64,000 bases of DNA from Candidatus Curtissbacteria bacterium RIFOXYA1_FULL_41_14 (GTDB taxonomy: Bacteria > Patescibacteriota > Microgenomatia > Curtissbacterales > GWA2-41-24). Under the pieces are notes generated by a model. That model saw only the letters and a list, made by a program, of their open reading frames with translations. It was not told the DNA's origin and did not search any database. Within the stretch, counting starts at the first letter, position 1, and each line of letters starts with the position of its first letter. The position numbers and the translations under genes are program-made. Shown here piece by piece: positions 57,654 to 64,000 of this stretch. The stretch lies in NCBI GenBank assembly GCA_001775095.1, contig MFCA01000029.1, positions 153,173-217,172 of the forward strand. Reading direction: 5' to 3'.

Positions 57654-58407
57654 CACCCCTGGGGTGGATTTATATTGGCACATCAGGTAAAATAGGTCAG
57701 TTACTATGCCTCGAAGAAATCTTGTCCTGGCAAAGGATGAAATTTATCACATATTCAATCGATCCATTGCTCGAGAAAACATCTTCTCTAATAAGATTAA
57801 TCTTAAAAAGGCGTTGGAAATTCTTCATTTTTATCGTTTTCCTCAGCAGCTGAGGCTTTCTAAATTTAAGACTTTGACTGAAATCCAAAAAAAAGATTAC
57901 CTTCTGGCATTGAAAGATAAGTCACCTCTTGTTGAGATATATAGTTTTGCTTTAATGCCAAATCACTATCATTTATTGTTAAAACAACTTCAGGATAATG
58001 GCATTGTTCGATTTATTGCAAACTTCCAAAACAGTTTTGCTAAAGTATTCAATCTTAAAAATGAACGAGATGGGGCAGTTTTTCAAAATTCCTTTAAGGC
58101 AAAAAGGGTTGAAACCGATGAACAATTTATCCATATTTCGCGCTATATACATTTGAATCCAGTAACTGCTTACCTGATTAACTTTAACCAGTTGGCAAAT
58201 TATCCCTGGACATCTTTCCCAATATATGTAAATGAGGATAAAAATTCATTTGTAGCTGTTAATTTTCTCCTACACTTATTTGGATCTAAAGACAAATACG
58301 CTGATTTTGTTGCAGATCAGGTAAGCTATCAGCGGGAATTAGCTTCGATTAAAGATTTGATTATCGATTAAATCCTGGTGTGTCAATATAGAGTCACCCC
58401 TGGGGTG
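57654..58407 (+). mobile_element. RAYT/IS200-like Y1 transposase gene bracketed by two same-orientation REP palindromes (CACCCCTGGGGTG)
   Basis: REPs at 57654-57666 and 58395-58407. CDS 57706..58371. Confidence 0.6.
57706..58371 (+). CDS. REP-associated tyrosine transposase / IS200-IS605 TnpA-like (HUH Y1) protein
   Basis: 'LMPNHYHLLLKQ' HUH motif. 'SRYIHLNPVTAYLI' has the catalytic Tyr in a Y-x2-NP context. It is the only plus-strand gene in a ~24-kb minus-strand block. Confidence 0.65.
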   Translation: MPRRNLVLAKDEIYHIFNRSIARENIFSNKINLKKALEILHFYRFPQQLRLSKFKTLTEIQKKDYLLALKDKSPLVEIYSFALMPNHYHLLLKQLQDNGIVRFIANFQNSFAKVFNLKNERDGAVFQNSFKAKRVETDEQFIHISRYIHLNPVTAYLINFNQLANYPWTSFPIYVNEDKNSFVAVNFLLHLFGSKDKYADFVADQVSYQRELASIKDLIID

Positions 58408-58421
58408 TGTTAGTAAGGTGA

Positions 58422-60752
58422 TTGACATGTACAGGGAAGATAGTGTTTGCTGGAAATAGGTTGATTTTTAAAGTAATTTTAACAGTCCTAATAGCCCTTT
58501 CTATCACATTAACCAAACCGACAGATTCTCTTGGCATAGATTACAATTTAACAGGACAATGGGCTTGGTCAGACAGAACCTCAGGAGGCAATTATTTTTA
58601 CGGAACGGCAGAGATAAGGCATGACGGGACTACGTTAACCCTTACATGGATATGGCATGACCAATTCCAATCTGAATGGACAGGAGGAGGATTTACTCAA
58701 AACGAAACTTTTTTCCTTGATGGCACTTATAACAACGGTCAACTCACTGCTCACTGGGATGGGGTTATTTTACAAAATGGTAACCGGTTAGAAGGAACAT
58801 GGGCTCAATTCGACAGCGCAGGGAATCCTGGCGGCAACGGAACTTTTACTGCTCAAAAATCGGGCCCTTTACCAAGTGCAACACCATTACCGACCCCAAG
58901 TCCATCGCCTTCCCCAAGCCCCAGCCCCAGTCCTACCCCTACCCCATTTTTGGATTTGCCGTGGGATTATGAGGGGGAGAAGTTGAGCTTTAACGATGCG
59001 GCTTTGGCGATCAATTCATACTTTGATCATACTTATCCATTGCTCAGCTTAAGCTTATCTGAGCCAGATGTTAATAAAAACCAAATAACTACCTTCGAAA
59101 ATGAAAATAGTACTTCGAAAAGCTATTCTAGCCATGACGGATATGATTATGGTAGAAGTGCAGGAGCAACTATTGGCGATCCAGTCTTAGCAGCAGCAGG
59201 CGGTTGCGCTTCGTATTTAAAAACCGGAGCAGGCGGTAACACAATCAGAATTGATCATGGCAATCATTATCAGACAAGATACTTGCACTTACAGGACGAT
59301 GGTTTAATCACCAAATCAACCGCTTGCGTAAATGTTATTCAGGGCCAGCAAATCGGCAAAATAGGATCAACCGGTAATTCAACAGGAGCCCATATTCACT
59401 TCATGGTTGTAGAGGACAAAAATGGAGACGGAGATTTTGATGATAATATCCCGGACGGCGTAACCGACCCCTTTGGTTGGCAAAGCGATGCAACCGATCC
59501 GTGGCCGGATTATTCATGGAAATACGAAGGCGAAGAAAAAGATCGGACAGGCAATGCCAGTTTCTATCTCTGGACAACGGCAATTGCCAACCTTTCTGAC
59601 CAGTTAACTTCAAACGGCGGATTCTTTGAACTTGAGCGCTACAGGTTAAATTTTCCTCAAGACGCAACTGGCCAAGATCTAAACCTGGAAATTCAAGCAG
59701 AACCAAATGCCAAGCCTTCAAATTTGCTTCATTCTATTGGTTCTACAATAAAAGTCACAGCCAAAGACTTATCCGGTAACATTGTTGACAGTTTTGCGGA
59801 TTTCTTCACAGTGACAATTGATTTTAACCCCTTTGACATAAGCAGTTATGACCCGAACTCGCTTGCTATTTACTCAAGCGAAGATGGTGTCAATTGGACA
59901 AAAGAGGAAACGACTGTCGATCTAAACGAAAAGACTGCATCCGCGCAGCTTAATCATTTAAGCTATTTTGCACTCATGGCCCAAAGGCTGGATACTACTG
60001 CTCCAATTACAACTGCTGTTTTGGTTGGTAATCAGGGAGAAACTAATTGGTTTCGATCTGACGTTCAATTAACTCTCGACGCTGCGGATAATCCGGGCGG
60101 TTTAGGAATCGATTACACCATGTACAAAATCAATGATCAAGACTGGCAACAATATACGCCATCTCTCACATTTAATACCGAGGGCAGTTATGAAATCGAA
60201 TTTTACTCGGTCGACAATGATGAAAATATCGAGGATGTAAAAAGTATTACTTTTGACATTGACAAAACTGTCCCCGAAGCAAAAGTATTTATTGATCAAA
60301 ACTTAAATGACCTGGTAGTTATTGGGGTTGACCAAAACCAGACTATAGTTACGAGAGCCAGCAACCATGAAACAAAGAAAAGAGACGACGCAATTTACAC
60401 GATCGCGGACCAGGCCGACAACACCCTGAAACTTGATGTACGAGACCGCGACAGGTTAAAGCGGGATAGATTTGAAATATTCTCGTTGACTTATAATCAG
60501 GATCTTGAAGTTACCACCTCTGATAATCATTACAACGTGTTTTACCAAGGTAGGAAAGACAAACTCAATGTCAAAGAGCAAAATTTTGAAATCGACGGAG
60601 AAGTAAGGATAAGAATTAAATATGACAGGAAAAAAGACCAAAGCACTATTATCACTAAAGAGGCCGGTATGGAAAAAGTTAAAGAGATAAAAAGCGGGTT
60701 AATTCTATTGTTGCTTAATACTAATAGTGGTAATCTGGAATATGGATACTAA
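58422..60752 (+). CDS. Secreted multidomain M23 (LytM-type) peptidase with (PS)n/(PT)n linker
   Basis: Signal anchor. 'PSPSPSPSPSPSPTPTP'. 'HDGYDYG...IDHGNHYQTRYLHL...GSTGNSTGAHIHFMV' has the HxxxD and HxH M23 motifs. About 450 aa extra C-terminal. Confidence 0.7.
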   Translation: MTCTGKIVFAGNRLIFKVILTVLIALSITLTKPTDSLGIDYNLTGQWAWSDRTSGGNYFYGTAEIRHDGTTLTLTWIWHDQFQSEWTGGGFTQNETFFLDGTYNNGQLTAHWDGVILQNGNRLEGTWAQFDSAGNPGGNGTFTAQKSGPLPSATPLPTPSPSPSPSPSPSPTPTPFLDLPWDYEGEKLSFNDAALAINSYFDHTYPLLSLSLSEPDVNKNQITTFENENSTSKSYSSHDGYDYGRSAGATIGDPVLAAAGGCASYLKTGAGGNTIRIDHGNHYQTRYLHLQDDGLITKSTACVNVIQGQQIGKIGSTGNSTGAHIHFMVVEDKNGDGDFDDNIPDGVTDPFGWQSDATDPWPDYSWKYEGEEKDRTGNASFYLWTTAIANLSDQLTSNGGFFELERYRLNFPQDATGQDLNLEIQAEPNAKPSNLLHSIGSTIKVTAKDLSGNIVDSFADFFTVTIDFNPFDISSYDPNSLAIYSSEDGVNWTKEETTVDLNEKTASAQLNHLSYFALMAQRLDTTAPITTAVLVGNQGETNWFRSDVQLTLDAADNPGGLGIDYTMYKINDQDWQQYTPSLTFNTEGSYEIEFYSVDNDENIEDVKSITFDIDKTVPEAKVFIDQNLNDLVVIGVDQNQTIVTRASNHETKKRDDAIYTIADQADNTLKLDVRDRDRLKRDRFEIFSLTYNQDLEVTTSDNHYNVFYQGRKDKLNVKEQNFEIDGEVRIRIKYDRKKDQSTIITKEAGMEKVKEIKSGLILLLLNTNSGNLEYGY

Positions 60753-61286
60753 ATGACTAAAATTCTCCTGTCGGTCTTAATCATTACTGCTGTTTTAGTA
60801 GGCGGTTATTTTGGCTATAAACAAATTAGCCAGACGCCAGAAGGAAAAACAACACCTGCCAGTACAATAACGCCCGTAACCAGCCCAGGGAATCAAGAAC
60901 TAAAAACTTTCAAATCAAAAAATATTCAATTCGCTGTTCAAGTTCCTAAAAATTTTGAAGTCCAAGAAAAAATTGCCTATGTCGATTTAATATCTAGTGT
61001 GGGAAGGATAAATTTAAGCAGGAATGCAACAAATTTTGATTCGATCAAAGATTACTTAAATGATTTTGATTCTAAAAGAGAAGTAGAGGTGAGTAATGAA
61101 GTAATTATAAATATCGGTGCTTATGATTCTATAAAAAGAATTGAGAATTTTAATATAGGCCCTATTGATGAACAAAACTTATATTTTATCTATGTAGATA
61201 ATTGGGTCTATTCAATCTCTACATCTACCCAATCCCTTTACCCTGTCCTTGACCAAATTGCCCAGTCCTTCCGCTACATACCATAA
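60753..61286 (+). CDS. Membrane-anchored or secreted small protein, hypothetical
   Basis: 177 aa. N-terminal TM 'ILLSVLIITAVLVGGYFGY'. Confidence 0.4.
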   Translation: MTKILLSVLIITAVLVGGYFGYKQISQTPEGKTTPASTITPVTSPGNQELKTFKSKNIQFAVQVPKNFEVQEKIAYVDLISSVGRINLSRNATNFDSIKDYLNDFDSKREVEVSNEVIINIGAYDSIKRIENFNIGPIDEQNLYFIYVDNWVYSISTSTQSLYPVLDQIAQSFRYIP

Positions 61287-61339
61287 AGAACCAGAATTGG
61301 AATTAGGTTCTTTATATTAAACGATTTACAGCCTTATGG

Positions 61340-61397
61340 CTCACCCCTGGGGTGAGCATAGTTTTTGCTGAAGCGCACCCCAGGGGTGTTGCTGGGT
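61340..61397. repeat. 57-bp REP doublet, second copy
   Basis: ctcacccctggggtgagcatagtttttgctgaagcgcaccccaggggtgttgctgg. Confidence 0.8.
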
Positions 61398-61409
61398 AGA
61401 AAATTTTTG

Positions 61410-62561
61410 TTATATTTCGCAAGAAATTTCGGTTTCGGCGTCGCAGGTATCTCTACCTAGATTACCATTAGCTTTGTCTGTGTCTTGTCCTCCTAAAAGA
61501 GTATCATTACCATTCCCGCCACTCATCTGATCATTTCCCTCATTCCCCTCTATGTAATCATTGCCGTTTGAGGCGTCAAATTTATCGTTGCCCAAGCCGC
61601 CGATCATATAATCATCACCGTTAGAACCGTCAAAAACGTCATTGCCATCTTCTCCAAACATCCTGTCATTGCCGTTTGAACCATCAAGTTTATCGTCACC
61701 GGAGCCAGCAATTAATAGATCGTTACCGTTTGAACCATCGAGTTTGTCATTACCTTCATTACCAAAAACTACGTCATTGCCATTTGAAGCATACAGCTTG
61801 TCATTACCCGGTCCGCCGATAATGCAATCATTTCCGTTTGAGCCGTTTATTTTGTCGTTGCCTTCAAAGCCGAAGATTAGATCATTGCCGTTGGTGCCGT
61901 GGAGATTGTCATTGTTTTCTGTGCCGAAAATCGGATTGCCGGAAAATCTTATATTTTGACATTCGTCTGGTACATGAATTGCAATGCCGATCACAAGATC
62001 GAAAACGACACTTGCACCCTGAAAATCATTATTGGCGGATGCGTTGAAAGTTACTTTGAATGTGTAGGTTGTTGTTTGCGATGGACCAAGAGTAGAAAGA
62101 GGAATTCCGTCCGGACCGGCGCTGTCTGCGAAAAATTGGGAAAGGGTGCTGGAATAAAGAATCGTGGCGCCTTCTGTGATAACGATATCAAGGACTGTTG
62201 AAAGATCACCGGTTTCTGAGGTTTTAACCCCGCGAACCCCAACCGGTCTTGCGGTTGAGGCGTTGTTAATAACGTCTACTGATCTTTCTTCGGTTTGGCC
62301 GGGCATCATGTTGGTAACCACAAAAATCGGATCACCGTCGGTCACCCCCCAGTTAACGTTCAGATCGCCGATTGCCCTAACCGTGCTGTCACTTTGTAAG
62401 AAATTTGGAGAGGCGAGATTAAATGCTAAGGCAGCAACTATGCCTATTACAAAAATCTTTACTATTCTAAATTTGATTTTGGTTTTCATAATTTGTTCTT
62501 TCCCGAGGTCCAACCTCCGGGAGGTCGGACCTCCCCAAAACCTATCTATCCCGATATGCAA
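61410..62561 (-). CDS. Secreted protein with TasA/camelysin-like N-terminal domain and ~15 RTX-type Ca-binding nonapeptide repeats (likely start at 62489)
   Basis: Repeats 'GTNGNDLIFGFEGNDKINGSNGNDCIIGGPGNDKLYASNGNDVVFGNEGNDKLDGSNGNDLL...' follow GGxGxDxux. The upstream domain ends 'NNDFQGASVVFDLVIGIA', resembling the TasA 'NKYQGNS..FSFEA' block. Confidence 0.65.
   Translation of the reverse strand: MHIGIDRFWGGPTSRRLDLGKEQIMKTKIKFRIVKIFVIGIVAALAFNLASPNFLQSDSTVRAIGDLNVNWGVTDGDPIFVVTNMMPGQTEERSVDVINNASTARPVGVRGVKTSETGDLSTVLDIVITEGATILYSSTLSQFFADSAGPDGIPLSTLGPSQTTTYTFKVTFNASANNDFQGASVVFDLVIGIAIHVPDECQNIRFSGNPIFGTENNDNLHGTNGNDLIFGFEGNDKINGSNGNDCIIGGPGNDKLYASNGNDVVFGNEGNDKLDGSNGNDLLIAGSGDDKLDGSNGNDRMFGEDGNDVFDGSNGDDYMIGGLGNDKFDASNGNDYIEGNEGNDQMSGGNGNDTLLGGQDTDKANGNLGRDTCDAETEISCEI
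62505..62532. promoter_or_regulatory. 28-nt near-perfect palindrome in the 5' leader of the RTX-repeat gene
   Basis: gaggtccaacctccgggaggtcggacctc gives a stem of about 12 bp, 16 nt upstream of ATG 62489. It contains two GGAGG motifs. Confidence 0.4.
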
Positions 62562-62596
62562 ACCTATTTCACTTCCGAAGTGTAATAGCTTGGCAC

Positions 62597-62622
62597 TTCG
62601 GGTTTCCCGTCATCCTGAACTT
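62597..62622. repeat. GTCATCC...GGATGAC-family hairpin downstream of the LTD gene
   Basis: gtcatcctgaacttgattcaggatcc. Confidence 0.6.
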
Positions 62623-62653
62623 GATTCAGGATCCAGAAATGTAATTGTTGTTC

Positions 62654-63931
62654 TCATGGCGAGCAAAAGTTGTTATTTGTTGTACCTTTTGTCGCTGTCG
62701 CGCAATTCAGGAAATTACCTGATCCGTCTGTTTCTCTACCTATTGATTGACCAACTGTAACCGATCCGTAAGTATGCGAATCGATCACTGTATTTGAAAG
62801 GTCTTTTAAGTAGAAGGTATCCCCATCATTGTTTAAATAAGCATCATTTATATCCAGGGTAGCAAAAGAATTAGGAGAGATAGTTCCTAGTCCTGTAAGG
62901 CTTTTTGTTGTAGCGGTGAGATCTTGAATATACCAACCTGTTAAATCAACAGGGATGGATCCAGCATTGTAGATTTCTACCCACTCCGGATTTCCATTTG
63001 CAACAAATTCATTGATAACAACTCCTTGGGCACTTGGTGACGCACTTGGCGTTGGCGTAGGTGCCGGGGATGACCCCGGACTTGCGCTTGGTGTCGGACT
63101 CGGTGTTGGTGATGGGTTGGGGCTAGTCCTAACACATAGAGTAATTGCATCAACAGCATCAAGATCGTAACCGTCGGCATCACTAGCGTGAATTGCCGGA
63201 TCTGTAGTATCTGTTATACGAATATAATTAATCTGTGAAGGTACTCCCGAGGTGTTAGAAAGATCGATCAAGATTACTCCGTTTACACCTGATTGACTAG
63301 TTATTTCATCATCCAGAAGTATCCAAGTGTCATTATCAACGCCCACCTCAACCATAGCTTTTTCTAAAGGATAACTATTGCGGCTATTAGTAATTTCGTG
63401 GAATGACAGATCTGGTCCTTCTCCGTTTAGGACAGGGCTGGAAAAATGCAAAACAATGTTGCCTCCGAAACCTAAACTAAAAAATCCTGATGCAGGATTT
63501 CCTACACCATCTGGTGAATCTAGCGCATCATTGGGATCACTTCTTTCTGATAATACCGGTGTGCCATTTTTACGCAGACCTTGACTGGAACTTATGACAG
63601 TGGATGCCCAGAAAGTGCCTGTTTGCGGCTCGCAAAAACTTTCTGCTGCCTGGAAGATGTTGCCGGTTGAGGTTTCTGTATCGGAAAAATAGGCAAAGGC
63701 ATTGTTCATAACCATTACGCTCATAAAAACCGGAATGATAACTTTAAGGCCGGCGAAGTTTTCCTTGGGAGCGGGAACCTGCACAAGCCGGTTTTGCCTT
63801 TTAATTTCCTTATAGATATTGACCATTTCCAAAATAATAACCAGAAGGGCCGGGAAAATTACCAGAAGGGGAAAGCCGATGTTGCTTTTGGCGAAGGCGA
63901 AAAGCTTGCCAAAATGGGGTAATCGGAACAT
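62654..63931 (-). CDS. Secreted lamin-tail-domain (LTD) protein with SipW-cognate-type signal and P/S/T linker
   Basis: 'NNAFAYFSDTETSTG' matches the SipW-cognate signal motif. 'PNPSPTPSPTPSASPGSSPAPTPTPSASPS' linker. C-terminal 'VVINEFVANGNPEWVEIYNAGSIPVDLTGWYIQD' is the LTD signature. Confidence 0.65.
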   Translation of the reverse strand: MFRLPHFGKLFAFAKSNIGFPLLVIFPALLVIILEMVNIYKEIKRQNRLVQVPAPKENFAGLKVIIPVFMSVMVMNNAFAYFSDTETSTGNIFQAAESFCEPQTGTFWASTVISSSQGLRKNGTPVLSERSDPNDALDSPDGVGNPASGFFSLGFGGNIVLHFSSPVLNGEGPDLSFHEITNSRNSYPLEKAMVEVGVDNDTWILLDDEITSQSGVNGVILIDLSNTSGVPSQINYIRITDTTDPAIHASDADGYDLDAVDAITLCVRTSPNPSPTPSPTPSASPGSSPAPTPTPSASPSAQGVVINEFVANGNPEWVEIYNAGSIPVDLTGWYIQDLTATTKSLTGLGTISPNSFATLDINDAYLNNDGDTFYLKDLSNTVIDSHTYGSVTVGQSIGRETDGSGNFLNCATATKGTTNNNFCSP

Positions 63932-64000
63932 GCTTTTGCCGACAACGTTTTCCTCGGCAACCAGATTTTCATCCGCAGAATCGTTAGCGTCGCCCTTTGT

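Noticed and set aside
57706-58371. Complete IS200/IS605 insertion sequence with tnpB
   Set aside because: There is no TnpB/OrfB-like ORF and no IS608-type subterminal hairpins. The flanking sequences are REP-type palindromes shared with non-IS loci, so RAYT is the better call.
1-64000. CRISPR arrays, rRNA or tRNA genes
   Set aside because: No regularly spaced direct repeats with unique spacers were seen. Intergenic regions are short and none folds into a tRNA cloverleaf.

Overview
This 64-kb window is low-GC, densely coding and almost entirely minus-strand, consistent with a Candidate-Phyla-Radiation-like bacterium (standard stop codons; many GTG/TTG starts in the ORF track). It is one very large cell-envelope glycosylation island. 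It holds about 20 large polytopic membrane proteins in five paralog families. Six are tandem GT39/PMT-like genes including a partial one at 1..324, five are a 'DxG...LxGP' family, two are YfhO-like, and two further families have two members each. Interleaved with them are nine cytoplasmic GT2/GT4 glycosyltransferases, three of which look like polyprenol-phosphate-sugar synthases (Dpm1/GtrB-like). There is also a Wzx-like flippase, two SAM-dependent methyltransferases, and complete nucleotide-sugar pathways: rmlABCD for dTDP-L-rhamnose, gmd plus rmd for GDP-D-rhamnose, ugd for UDP-GlcA, a second nucleotide-sugar dehydrogenase and an SDR epimerase. Housekeeping genes pyrB and pyrC sit inside the island about 34 kb apart, and a membrane-anchored cyclophilin is also present. 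The right end encodes secreted surface proteins: an M23 peptidase with a (PS)n linker, an RTX beta-roll protein, and a lamin-tail-domain protein with a SipW-cognate-type signal and a P/S/T linker. A clan GH-A glycosidase and an SLT lytic transglycosylase are also present. I found no rRNA, tRNA or CRISPR. The non-coding and mobile content is notable: (i) an IS200-like/RAYT Y1 transposase gene flanked by 13-bp REP-like palindromes (CACCCCTGGGGTG), whose copies elsewhere form 57-bp REP doublets; (ii) a lone GIY-YIG gene bracketed by 14-bp inverted repeats that overlap the pyrB stop codon; (iii) GC-rich repeat-bearing segments inserted in frame at the same loop position of two GT39 paralogs; and (iv) a family of heptanucleotide tandem repeats (AATTTCA/GAAAATT, ACAATTG, CAGTRGR, GTGCTTC) inside coding regions and in intergenic spacers, which are candidate slipped-strand phase-variation sites.
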